Positions 1-13,099 of a stretch of 64,000 nucleotides of DNA are shown in pieces. Every line of letters starts with the position of its first letter. Position 1 is the first letter of the stretch. Where the stretch lies: positions 4,712,001 to 4,776,000 of the forward strand of contig OZ234494.1 of NCBI GenBank assembly GCA_965153455.1, written 5' to 3'. The notes under the pieces were generated by a model, which was not told the origin of the DNA, did not search any database, and saw only the letters and a program-made list of their open reading frames with translations. The stretch is from Sphagnum compactum (Eukaryota). Both the position numbers and the translations under genes were made by a program.

Positions 1-3000
1 CAATTTTAGGAACAGAATTTCCATGCAACCAATGAGAAGTCATGGGGCAAGGGGTCTCCCTTTTCTGTTCACTTTCCATGCAAGCTTTTTTTTTCCCCGT
101 TGGGGGGGGGGGAGGGAGGAGCAAAGAGTTCCCCAAGTTCCTGACATGTTCCCCAAAGAGTTCCCTGTAGCACCTCACTTTTATCCCATATGCTTTGGCA
201 AATGTTGTCCTCCCTTCACCTTTATAGCTTTGGGCCAAAGGGGAGGAACTCTATACTTCAAAACCGTCTATTTGGGGGAGCCTCCCTGCTTTCATTTCTT
301 TTGAGTGATGGGTCAATCAAAATTGGCTCATTGCTATAAAACAAGAATTGAACTTGAGAGGCACCTCATCTAATGAATAGGAGAGGTGAGTGTGTGAGGC
401 AAATCTTGCTTGTGCAAGTCTGATGATTTTGGGGCTTTGTTATCATGCCCATTTCTGCATTGTAATGCCAAGTTAGATTTGTAAGTTCATTTGTAAGTGG
501 AGCACAATCTTCAATGATAGTGTTTAGCAATAAATTAGGAAGAAATGATGCTGCAGATTCAACATTGTTCCTTCTTTCAACTTGTGTTCTTTCAACTCAG
601 AAAAAATGTAATTTGAATGCAGTTTCTCAACAGTTTTTAATAAATGAACTGACATTTTCATCCTAAATGGCTTTCAAATCTATTGTTAAAAGCATATAAC
701 AATGAAAAGAGACATTTAGTGGGTGGAAATTGAGTTCTATAAGCATGGCCTTCTAGATAGAACTCCATTATTGATTAAGAGGTGAGAAGTTAATATGTTG
801 TGGTTGTTTCATAATTCAGAAAGTGTTAATACATTTTCAGAAGGTTTGTTTGATTTGGAACTATTGGTGGTAACAGATTGTGATTCTAAATATGACATTC
901 CAAAATGATGTTTTTGAAATGTAAATTAATAAATTCACATATGTACATTGAATTTTCAAATGCACATATCGCTAACATTTCAAAAATATACATTCACATT
1001 TATTTGTGAAATTGAAGTTGTGGATCGTTTTTAACAATTTTGCTAAATGCCTTGTATAAGCTTACCTAAGGTTGTTGCTAATGGCTACATTCCCGACATT
1101 ACTTGTTTAACCTTTCAACATCAAGGAGGACCAATTTGGTCCAACCCCCTCCCAATACTCTTAGTTGAGAGCATTAGCTTCAAAATATGACACATGTGTT
1201 GGAGTTGCCATGTCATTGAGTGGGCCCATTCTTCTAATGAGAGTTTCTTGGCTTTGGTTGCTCATTATAAGAATTTTTGTGAGCTACCTAACATGATAGG
1301 ATGTTCTTGACAACCCTATGCAATATTGATGTGAAAGTTAACCAAAAGTTTTGTTGCCCAATGTTTTCAACATTTTAAAATATTGAATTAGATGTTGGAA
1401 TGCCATTCCTCATCTTAGTCCCAAACTTTCCAAGATTTTTGTTTACCTTCAAATGGATGAAAATCAATGTTTTTTAAAAAAACTTCTCTTGGATGGTCAA
1501 CTTTGACCATCCATTATTCATCCATTTCAACCTTTTTTTTAAATAGTTTTTTTTCACATGAATCATATGCATGCCTTCCATCCACCACCAATTATGTTAC
1601 AGCAAATGGAAGACAACATCTTGGTCCTAGTCTCCAAAAACTTGCAATTCAAAAAATTGCCTAAAATGGAAAGTATAAACTTTCAATAGTGGCAATTTTC
1701 CAATTCTCATCCAATTTTTATTTATTTTATTTTTTAAACATTCAACTTGAAATCCCCTACAACACCACGAATACATATTTTCAAAAATTATGATTTTTTG
1801 CATGACCTTTAAGCACATTTGTAAGGGTTGGTCCATTTTTTGGATTGGGATTGTTATAGTCAAATTTCAATTCAAGATTAAGGTATGCTCGTGCACCCAT
1901 GGAAAATAATATTTCAAATTTGGAAGCTTGTACAATGTACAAATTATCCTTTATGCATGGGCATGGGCATTTGAACTGTGCTAGAAAAAAATATTTGTCA
2001 AATATGGATGTCGCCAATTTTGGAAATTGGTTAAAATCTTTATATGAAATATATTTAAAACATAATTAATTAACCTTCATAATTAGTTAACTACATCCTT
2101 GTGCACACTACACTCCATCGAATTATATTTGTTTTGAATGCCAAGCTAATCAATTTTGTTTGCATCCCAACTTTCTTTCAATGTCGAATAATGTTCCATT
2201 CATTTGGAATTATCTATCATTTTTTTTTTCATTCCTTTGGTTTATCACATGGATCTTTGTGAGAAAAGTGCTATCTTTTATAAAAATTAATGTTCACTTT
2301 AATTTTCAAATTGTGTGCCCAAACTAAATTTTGTTTCAAATGATCAAGTGTATTGTGTTGTTAAAAACTAGAAAAATATTATTGAAATGTTGTTGAAAGC
2401 ATCTAATTTTTTTTGTGCATTTTGATGTTCAAAAAAATTATGCTTGTGAAGTATTATCAATTAAACACTTGTCATTGATGAAACAAGAAGTAACTTGATA
2501 CTTGTGTGAGTTGTAGATGTGAATATTGTGCTTTATGGAACTAATATTATGATTTGAGGTGAACAATGTTTACATTTTTCTTATGTGTTGATATGTGCAA
2601 AAGTATATTTTTGTACCATTTTAACATGTCTAGTTTACAACATGATCACAAAGGAATTTAATCTTTTAAGACTTTAATGATGGACTGCTTTTCCTACATG
2701 AAACATAACATTAATTAGGTTAACAAATTAGGTATGATTTGTCATGCTTCACATTTTAGGTCTTTGACAAATTATGGTTCACAATTTGAGTTTCAAAAAT
2801 GTTGTTTACATTTCCATGGAATACATGTGTGCTTGTGGTTATTTTAACTTGTATGAATTGCAAGGAATTTCATACTTGCAAACTATTCGCACATTTTTTA
2901 GTTCCCATGTATAAACTTGGATTAAATGTTCTACCAAGGTGACAAGCTCTTGCAACATTGTAATGCTACAAGTGAAGGCTACCATAATGTATGAAAAAGA

Positions 3001-3489
3001 AAAGTGATAAGTACTTGAAGATGTCTTCTCATATGTGATATTCAAGTTTTATGTTACCTTGTAAAAGTGATGTTCATAGAATAATTTGGATTTCACCTCT
3101 AGTTTCATGGTTATTTGCACCAAACATTGATGGACTATTGAATGGAAACAATTAGGAAGACCTTTTCATAAAACAAATTGGGAAATAATGGAGAAATGAC
3201 GAAGTTTCAAAATTACAACAATAGTCTTGTTTTCCTCATGTGCATTAACAAGGATTGGACTATAATATAATGCTTCAAGTCTAGTGTGATGTTTTTAAAG
3301 TGTTAAGCCAATATGTCATTCAAATTAGACTATTCATCTTGTGATTTTGATTGGCATCAAATTTTTAATAGATGTTGTACATATGATATGTACATGTTTT
3401 GAAGTAGTTTAAGGGTTTAAGGTTTATAAATAATCCTAAATTATTTAGAGTATATAAATAGTTATGGAATCAAAGAGATGTTCTGCATG

Positions 3490-4030
3490 TCATTTGAACA
3501 CTAGCAAATTGGGTTCACAACCAAGGTTGGGACAAGAAGGGAAATGGCCCAGAAAAATTCCAAGGCATGGAAAGAATCCAAATACAATCCCTAGGTGAAA
3601 TGGAAGTGTGGAGGGTGCATGAAGAAGAAGGGCCCTAATGACTCTCAAATGTACTCTCACTTTGGAAGTTTGAATTCCCTAGGTGTCCCAAAGTTTTGGG
3701 GGACCAAACCTTGTCCACGTTGAGTGTTTTTTATATCATTGGAAAATTTTCAAAAAGTATTAAAATAAATTGGGGTCACATTCTCAAAATAAACATGGGA
3801 GTTAAAAATTATGTGAATTTGAAAGGTTCAAAATGAAATTACCAAAATGCCTTTTGATCATTTGAGTGGTCCAATTAGAGCATATCAACTCAAGTCCAAT
3901 TCAAAATTTTACTACAACATTGGAAAACTCTTAATAGTTGTACATGATAGAAGCTTAAGTTGTCAAATTTAGATACCATTTAAGAAAGTTATGAGTTGTT
4001 GAACATTGGGGAGACCAATTAACTTGGCAA
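3490..4030 (+). repeat. Degenerate dispersed repeat (possibly LTR-derived); diverged sister copy at ~46030-46580
   Basis: Collinear blocks with 46030-46580, e.g. ttttgggggaccaaaccttgt vs ttttggggaccaagccttgtt and ggggtcacattc vs gggtgacattcc. Boundaries are approximate and the LTR origin is a guess. Confidence 0.45.
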
Positions 4031-4287
4031 CTAACATTGAGAAGTATCTTTATTGGGATAACTTGGTTAAATTGGATCAAGGAGGTTATTTAATAATAAT
4101 AAAATTTGATAAACTTGGGAATGCCTCATTGTGAGACCGATACATTAATAGACATGGGTCAAATTAGTTAAAAGAAAAAAAAGTTTTGTGAAATGGGAAT
4201 GAATTAGACTTTCACGGCCCTGCAATGAGGATCAAATTATCAAGGAGTCAAAACCCTTGATAAAACCCTCACACTAAGGCAAGGAAA

Positions 4288-6074
4288 CACTATGAGAAAA
4301 ATGGGTGTTTTATAATTGGACTTGCAACTCAATTTTTGAGTTGCATTGGACCCTTGCAACTCATTATATTTATACACCATTAGTGCTAACGGACAAATCG
4401 CATGAGTTACAAAGTTGCAATTCACCGTATATGCAGTGCAACTCATTACAATTCAATTGCAACTATGTCAAAACAACTCATTTTCAACTATTATGCAACT
4501 CTATTATAACTACACCCATGATGTCATCATGATACGATTAATTGTCATCCATCCATTAAAATATGACACGTAACATTATGAAGATTTTTGGACATAAGAA
4601 TTATTATTTTTTCAATTATTGATCTCTACCATCCATTATGATTATTAATAATGGTTCAAGATTGTGACACATGGCACAATAAAAAATTACCACATCGCAT
4701 ATTCATTGTATTTTGGAAGAAATAAATATAAATAAATCTCTATTTTAGTAGCTAGGTAGGTTGTACATAACCATAGGTTGGTAACCTACATACCTATGTC
4801 TTTATTTATGACCTACTTAGCTACCTACATAGATAGGTAGAAAAGTAGGACCTATTTATTTACCTATGTAGGTAAGTAGGTAGGAAAGCACAAAGACTAA
4901 GTGAATCAAATAATAACCATGAAATTTATTTTATTTTATTTTATGTTTTGTCTTTATGTTTTATCTTATTTGAATTAATTAATCAAATTCAAATAATTAT
5001 TTATTAGATAATTAATTACCCAATTGTAGATACTTATTTGAATTAATTTAAATCATAATTATTAAAAATTTATTCATTAATTCATGAATAGTTATTTTGA
5101 AATATTATATATTAAATATGCCACAAGATGGAACCCTTGTGAGTGTTCAAAAGTTATCCACAAATGAATCGACTATTATTAATTTTGCACTTATTCATGT
5201 AACCTAGAAAATTTCTAGGTGTATAATCTTGAATATCTTGATGTAACTCTAATAAAAATATTTTAAATATAATTTATGTAGTTCATTGGGATTCAATTTG
5301 AAGTCTATAAATTCACACTTTATATGGATAATGAATTGGTAGTATTGTATTAATGGCCAAGTAGTGGCACCTATAATGGGCATGAAAACAACCAAGTTTA
5401 TAATATTTATTAAACCAAAATGAGAACAAGGGCAAGTTTAGTTCCAAATTTAGATCATGAAACAAAAAAAAACAAAAACATGACATGCGCAAAATGAGAA
5501 TCCAATAAGATTTTATTGCAAAATGAAACAAAAATAGAAATAAAGTTGTGATAAGAATTTGTCACAACCCTAAAACGTATCCAAAATTAATGTTGAACAT
5601 ACTGAAAATAATGTGGGATTCTACATCTATTTATATTTATTGAACACTTAGCTTAAAGAAGTTTCTTAAAAAAAACCCCAATCTACATTTGACCCATTTT
5701 CACCCATATGTGACCCATGTCCATCCATGTGGGAACCAGTAGTGAACTATGAGTTAACTAAGAGTAAATTAGAAGTGAACCGATATTTATTATGAGTTAA
5801 TTGAAAGTTATTTAGAAAGTGAACTAAAACTTAATTAAGGCTTAATTGAAAATTAATTAGAAGTGAACTCAAAGTGAATTAAGGGATAATTATAAGTGAA
5901 TTAAAAGTTAACTAAAAACTAACTAAAAGTTAAATAACATTGAATTGAAATTAAACTATGAGTTAGGTACAAGTTAATTACAAATTATGGATGAACATTC
6001 ATTTGAATGAACTCCATGGTGTTGGCATTCGTGACAACACCATAATGGCCATCTAGTTGTAAAATAATGCCAAT
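4288..6074. mobile_element. Left end and subterminal region of a CACTA (En/Spm)-type element; host of the 6078-10361 insertion
   Basis: Starts CACTATGAGAAAAATGGG at 4288, followed by many TGCAAC subterminal motifs like the other CACTA ends here. No matching right TIR/TSD could be assigned. Confidence 0.55.
5740..5990. repeat. Degenerate short-unit tandem repeat (AAGTGAACT/AGTTAACTA-like)
   Basis: Recurrent aagtgaac/aagttaac/aagtgaat motifs every ~11-22 bp. Confidence 0.6.
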
Positions 6075-6836
6075 ATTCATTAGTAGAAAACCCCCCTTTT
6101 TAAACCAAAAATTTTCAACTACATGACATTTGTAACTATGTTTCAATTGGGATTTTTTAATTTTAAAATAAAATTATGGCAATTACCAGTTAAGTTTACT
6201 TGTTTACTATATTGGTATATGATTGAAAACATTTTTCAATTGGGTGGTCATTTGTTGAATATTCTTAGCATCAACAATGTTTCTAAATTAAACTTCCAAC
6301 TATGTTGGTAAACAATGTGAAACATATTTCAACTAAAGGGTCATTTAAAAAATATTTTTGGCATCTAAGGTTCTTTAATTGGCACATAGTCAAAACATTG
6401 ACTAATGTTCAATTGTTTTGGACGATAAAAGTACGAGAGGATGGCTGAAATACAATCTTGTTTGCAACTATTTCTTTCAATTAGGTTAAACAACTAATAG
6501 GCAACTTTAATTTTATACATATAATATTGCAATATTTATTTAAAATTATGATAACATTAAATTACATGTAAATTTTATTTGTATAAGTGAATGGTTTTTT
6601 GTGCATATAACTATTAAAATTTAATTTCAAAATATTTTTAAAAAAAATCTAAAATATATGTTAGTACTAATGTTTATGTTCAGTACACATGTAATATTGT
6701 ATTTCTACGCAGATCATTACAACATATCAAGTAATGAAACATAATTAATAATATTGTGCAACTATAATGTTTATTCATTTTTATACACATGATATCTTAA
6801 TATTTGTTTAAATTTATGATAAAAACTCATTAAACA

Positions 6837-7713
6837 CTAATTATAATGGACCTTATGTCACTAGTCCAAGTTTGAATGCATTCAATTGAATTTTCCTTCC
6901 AAACCCCTTTTTGCAATTTGTTTGAATTTCCAACAACAATACGTACCCACCAAAAATTCAATGATATTGTTCACATTTTAGGTCTCAAAATTACAAAATC
7001 AACTTTATTAAATCAAACTCGGTGAAAGCTTTCCAACAATACCAAAAACACCCCCAAATTTCAATATAATTTTCAATTTTGGTTTTTCAAAAAATCAATG
7101 AAAAAATGGTTCAATAATCAATAGATTCCACACTATACCTATAGACATTTTAAACCAAGTCGTTGCACCTCTATTCATTGAGAACTTTTTGATGATAAGT
7201 TCCATAGCATAACCTAAGACACCGTGGTGTGGGAGATATCATTACGACAAAACAAAACAAACTACCTTCCTTCATGGATAGATAAGGTAGCATGTGTTGT
7301 TGGCCCCAAGTGTGAACACATTCAATTCATTTTGCCTTCTAAACCCAATTTTTTGTAATTTGTTTGAATTTTCAACAACAAAATTCATTCAAAATTCAAT
7401 ATCTTCCACAATTTAAGTATGAAAATTATGAAATAAATTTTATTAAAATCTAACTCGGCGACTACTTTCCAACAACACTAAGTACACCTTTGGATTCAAG
7501 TAAAATTTCTATTTATGATTTTATTAATGTTTATTTAAAAAATGGTTCAATAATCAATAACCTTTGCATTGTAGCTCCAAAAATTTTCAACCCAAGTTAA
7601 TGCACCCCTATTCATTGTTAGGGATATCAATGACATTATATGAAGCAATTTGGTTTGGGAAATTTCAACATGATAAAATAAAAGAAAACAAATTATCTAC
7701 CTTCATTAATAGA
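6837..7713 (-). mobile_element. Head-to-tail pair of ~440-bp Helitron-like non-autonomous elements
   Basis: Two diverged direct copies, 6837-7282 and 7284-7713. On the minus strand each begins TCTAT. The pair ends ...TTAG and sits between host A and T with no TSD. Confidence 0.55.
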
Positions 7714-9081
7714 TTAAATTTTCTTTGTATAAAATGAATGGTTATGTATGATGCAAATACTTTTTTTGCGCATATAAATATGAAATTTTAATTTCAAAAT
7801 AAAATTTAAGAAAATTCTGAACTATGAATTTGTAATAATGTATGTTCAATATATGTAATTTATTATTTTTTTCTAAATCAAATGTTAATTTACAACAAAT
7901 CAAGTAATGATACATAATTCATAATTTTGTGGAACTTTAATGTTTTTTCATTTTTATACATATGATGTTTTAATATTTATATGTTTAATTAAAATAAATA
8001 TTCAATAATTATTAAGATACATGTAAATTGTTTTGTATACATGAATGATTATGAATGATGAATTTTTGTGTGCATACAAATATTACACTTTAATTTGAAA
8101 ATAAATTTTAAAGAAATTCTAAAATATAAGTCAACTTAATAATGTGTATGTTCAATACATGCATAACTTATTTCTATGTAAATTCAACTTTGGTTTACAA
8201 CATATCAAGTAATGATATTTAATTGATATTTTTTTGGAATATGTTCAATACATGTGTAATTTATTATACATGTAGATTCAATTTTAGTTTACAACATATC
8301 ATGTAATGATAAATAAAACTAATATCTTTTATAATTTTAACTTTTATTCTAATTTTCGTTATTAGTTCCAATATTTTTCATTTTATTATATTTATTTATC
8401 TATGATTCAATTATAATAATGTTTAGAATAATTAGTAAATATATTTAATAAATTATCATATAATTTCAGAAATTATTGTCATTTAAGACTACTATATTTT
8501 TAAAAATTCTTTTTTATCTAATACTTATTATACTAGGTCATATAGTAGTTCCAACAAGTTAGATAAAAATATGAATAGAAATAGTTAAATACTAGCCTAA
8601 CCTAACTATTAGTTATAATGTTCTAATTAATGTTGTTGTTGTAATTGTAGTCAATTACTAATTATCACAACATTATAATAATTACCATAATTAAAATATC
8701 ATTTAAAATTTATATTAAATATTTATATTTGAGTTAATGTTTGTTTTATGAAATGTTAATTAGAATTTATAATGAATTTTGAATTTAAAAAAAATTCAAT
8801 GATAATTAATTATTTAATAGATAAATAAATTTAATTTTTGATTTTTTAAAAAATTAACTAATCACCATATTATTTAATAAATGATGGTAATATGTTTAAT
8901 TGTTTAATTATACAATTAAAAATAGTTGATGAATAATTACTATAAGTAATTAAGGTAAGTAGCTAGACTTAAGCTAGATAAATTATTAATTTAAGTCTAG
9001 GCCTAACTAAGCTTAGACTAACTTGTATGACTAGATTACAATTATTTGAATTACAATTAGGTTACAACTAGGTTACAATAA

Positions 9082-9654
9082 GGGTAGACACACCTATCAC
9101 CAAATGGTACTCTATCACCAAAAACTTTCAAGTTTTCTTTCATTTCAAAACCAAATTGAATGTTTTTTATGTCATCGAAAGTGCAAAGTAAAGAGATACA
9201 AATGTTATTTCAATCTCAAAAACAAAATAACAAAACAAAAAACGCAGGAAGAGAAAGAGTGATATTTTGTCTCAAATTTTGTCTCTAGACCCCCTTATTT
9301 CCTACAATTATATCTTGCTCATTTTTCATTCATTTTGAACGATTTCAAAGGTTACATATGTGTTATCTCATAATCTTTAAAATTTGTTTAAAGTGAAAAG
9401 TAAAAAAAAAAATAGTCAAAGAGCTTAAACTTCAAAATCATATAGAACACTTATGAAAAAAACCAAAGCACAAACCCCTTCACTTGGAAAGGCCATATCT
9501 TGCTCATTTTCCATTAAATTGTAGTGTTTTTTACAGATTTGTATACGCTAGGTGGAGGATTCCAAAATTGTTTCAAGTTTTAAAAGGCACATACCATGGA
9601 CAATAAAGTTATAATGATTTATCGTTAAGTGTTTAGTGATAGGTGTGTCTACCC
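9082..9654. mobile_element. MITE nested in CACTA (TIR GGGTAGACACACCTATCAC)
   Basis: GGGTAGACACACCTATCAC at 9082 and GTGATAGGTGTGTCTACCC ending at 9654, with TA-containing flanks. The same insertion occurs at 48619-49184. Confidence 0.85.
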
Positions 9655-11414
9655 TAGGTTACAACTAAAATCTTTATCCCATATTGTTTGGTTTCCATTC
9701 CATGAATCCAAACTATATAAAGGAGTGCATTAGATCTAGGCCTAACATAGGTGCCTAGATCTAACCTTAACTTAAGCTTAAATTAAATGGCCTATGTTTA
9801 TGTTTAACCTAGGTGCCTAGGTTTAGACCTAACCTATGCTTAGTCACCTTGTGACCTAACCTATTGATGTGGATGTGCCATGTGTCATTTAACTATTTGT
9901 TGACCCCAAAATTTGTGAGCATGCCACTTGTCATTTAATTATTTGTTGACCTCACATTTTGTGACTGTGTCACGTGTCACCAAACCATTGGCCAAATGTT
10001 TGATTTACATAGTTGCAATTTAGTTGAAATTGTAATCATATTTTTGGTTGATGTCATGTTTAGTCATTGGATGAAGTTCATCCACTAGTTGATTGCAGTT
10101 GACAACATCCTTTGACTATATTGGTAGAACATTCAACTAAATTGGCAAGCAGTGGCTATTGTTGTCATGTTGACACGTGGCATACATTTTCGATTGTAAT
10201 TTCATTCTCAACTTGTACTTGTTGACATTACTGGTTAGCAGTTGTAAGAAAATTTCCCAATTGCAAAAAATAATTGTAACTATATGTGTAGTTTTTGACT
10301 TGGTTTGTAATTGAACACTAGTTGAAAATGTAGTTGCAAAAGGGGGGGTTTTCTACTAATGATTATGGCCTTGTAATGGCACATATGTAACAACTAGTGG
10401 CATCCGTGGCCATGTAGTGACATAGTTGTGGCACAGTAATGAACAACATAGTGGTTTACTAGCTGCACGAACAAATTTTATAGTTGAAAACCAATTACAA
10501 AGCTTGTACCTCGTGGATGATGGGAATGCGGACACATGGCATAATCACATGTATGAAAGTTATACATTAGTTGCAGAAAAGTTGCTCAACGTATAGCTCA
10601 TTTTTAATAGTCTTAACATAATTACACATGACAACTATAATGTAACTCTTCAAAAAGTCAAACGTAATTGACTACATGCATAAATATAATTCATATAAAT
10701 TACTGAATATGAAACATATTTAAAACTACCAAATAACTAGCTTATTTTCAAACATTTAAATTTATTTATGAAGTCATCATATTTATAAAATGTACTTGCA
10801 TAAGAGTTGCACTTTGGAAGATGTAGTTGCAACACAATTGTATTTGAATGGTTTTTGAGTTTTAATTATAGGGTAGTGTGGTCTCTGTGGTCATCATTTT
10901 TCATGATGAATACCCACATATGAAAACAATGTCATTTCAAGTACAATACACCTGAGCAATAATCAATGCATATTTTGTGACCCTTATTTATTTATTTATT
11001 TTTAAATGAAAATTTTAAATTCATCTCTAAATATTTAAACATAAACCTACAACAAAACAAGCCTAAAATTTTAATTTAAACCATGTTTTAAAAATATACA
11101 TAATTTTGATAATTTATAATAATAATAATAATACTTAAATTTTAAAAAATTTAATCCATTGTTTTTAACATGGATTTTTTTTTCATACAAGAGGAAAAAA
11201 AGGGGGAAAATATTAGAGATTATTTTTGGGCTTATTTGGGTGTGGCATCATGAACATTCATAATAAAAAAAAATTCCATGATGCTTAAAACAAACTAGAG
11301 AAAAAACATGCATTCTAATTTACATAAATGTATAAGAATGTAATATATATATATAAATATAATTTAAAGGTTTACATGTATTCCAAATTTTGCATGCATA
11401 AACATTTTGACCTA

Positions 11415-12050
11415 ATCATTAACCCATTCAAATATAAATATGAAACTTGCCAAATTTTTATACATCCATTGCAAAACATTGTGGCGAATGCAAAATGAGT
11501 AGTGGATTTAACATTCAGAATGAATGATTCAATTCTTGTGCAAATGTTAATAGTTCAAGAGTTGCAAAAAACTTCACTAACCCATTCAAGTATAAATGTG
11601 AAGCATTAAATTGTTATGTGTGTTACAATATATATTAGTAAATGCAATATGCAACATTTGGATAATGGTATCAATAAGCTCAAAGTGGATGATTCAACTC
11701 ATGTAAAAATGTTGATACTTCAAGAAATGTGAAAAAATTCACTAAACCATTCAAGTATAATTACAAAATATTAAATTACATGTGTTTTAGTATATTGTAA
11801 TAAGTGCAAAATATAATTTTTGAGTAATGATTTTAATATATTAAAATGAATGGCTCAATTCTAATAATTGAAAAGATGTGAAAAAAATCACTAATTCATT
11901 CCAATGTAAATGTGAGGTTTTTAATTGTTACATGTGTTTTGATAAATTATGGTAAGTCTAAAATGCCACTCCTAAGTAATGGTATCAACATGTTAAAAAT
12001 TGATGTATCATGTCAATAGTTAAAGAAATGTAAAAAAAATCATTAACCCA
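11415..12050. repeat. ~150-165-bp tandem repeat, about 4 diverged units
   Basis: Anchor CA(C/T)TAACCCATTCAA-like motif recurs at about 11418, 11575, 11740, 11889 and 12040. Confidence 0.7.
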
Positions 12051-12289
12051 TGATAATGCATTGTGCAAATAAAGTTAAAGGCTACCTCAATTTTTCATGT
12101 CAACAATTTAAAATTATTAAATTAAATAAGGTCCAAATTATACTCATAGGTGAACAACATAATGAAGGTAACAACTATAAATAAGATTGACCATTAATTA
12201 GTGCAACAAACCACTTATAAACTAATGGTCAAATGTAGTTAAAATGTAGTCAAATCGGACAATAATCACAATGTTTGGGAATGGAAAAA

Positions 12290-12308
12290 GACAAGATTTC
12301 TTCTTGTG
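12290..12308. mobile_element. Orphan CACTA right TIR directly abutting the gypsy RT remnant
   Basis: GACAAGATTTCTTCTTGTG closely matches the TIR at 54382-54400 (GACAAGATTTCTTCTATTG). Confidence 0.65.
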
Positions 12309-13099
12309 ATATGCTTTAACAACAATGATGCAAGTTAAGAAAAATATCTTTAACAATTGGATGAAACGTCACATGTGTGTGGGGATTATTGTTCAGTGAA
12401 TAAACAAACATGTTTAGATAAATATTCCATGCCCCTATTGAAGAGATTTTTGATGCCCTTGGACAATTGAAGGTTTTCAATACTTTGGAGATATGATTTA
12501 ATTATCGTCAATTACCGTTTAGAGAGGGTGACAGGGTCAAGATGACATTTTGGGTAATGGATTTTCATGGGAAATATTGTTTATACCAATAAAGGTTTTT
12601 GCCATTTGGTTTGAAAATGCCCTTATAGAATTTTAGAAGTTCATGGATTGGTGTTGGTAGGTTTCAAATTTACCAAATGTTACATTGATGACATCAATGT
12701 TTTGAACCCCATGTTAAGGGATCACTAAAATCATCTAGAGGAGGTGTTTGGAAGACTTAAAAACCATAACCTTAAGTTTCACTTAAGCAAATGTTGGTTA
12801 TTTTATACTCAGGTGGAATACTTGGGTCATATGATTTATCCATGTGGATTGGGGGTTCAAATAACCAAGGTTGATGCCATTTCGTAGGTTCCTCAACCAA
12901 TACATGTCAGCCGATTATGACCTTTTCTGGGCTTGTGTAATTATTATAGGAGATTTGTCAAAGGATTTAATAACATTATTAAACCTTTGACCCAATTGAC
13001 ACATATTGAATAGGACTTCATTTGGGGTGAAACACAATAACATGTTTTTCATAAATTGAAGGCTCGACTTTCATTAACTCCCATTTTGAGGCGACCCAT
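12309..13099 (+). pseudogene. Ty3/gypsy LTR-retrotransposon pol fragment: reverse transcriptase (degenerate)
   Basis: Hand translation across frameshifts gives CGDY, DKYSMP, IEEIFDALG, PFGLK (12602), CYIDDI (YIDD at 12681-12692), [21 protein letters not shown] and PILRRP, with many stops. Confidence 0.93.

Larger units (their letters stand above)
6078..10361. mobile_element. Complete non-autonomous CACTA element (CATTA-variant TIRs) with 3-bp TSD ATT
   Basis: Left TIR CATTAGTAGAAAACCCCCC at 6078. Right TIR GGGGGGTTTTCTACTAATG ends at 10361. ATT lies at 6075-6077 and 10362-10364. No transposase is visible inside. Confidence 0.9.

Noticed and set aside
1100-3400. Possible decayed transposase or Ulp1-like coding fragments
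   Set aside because: Only one or two weak motif resemblances; cannot be assigned by eye.
4288-12308. Single CACTA element spanning 4288-12308
   Set aside because: The TIR subtypes differ and the flanking triplets do not match (AAA vs ATA).
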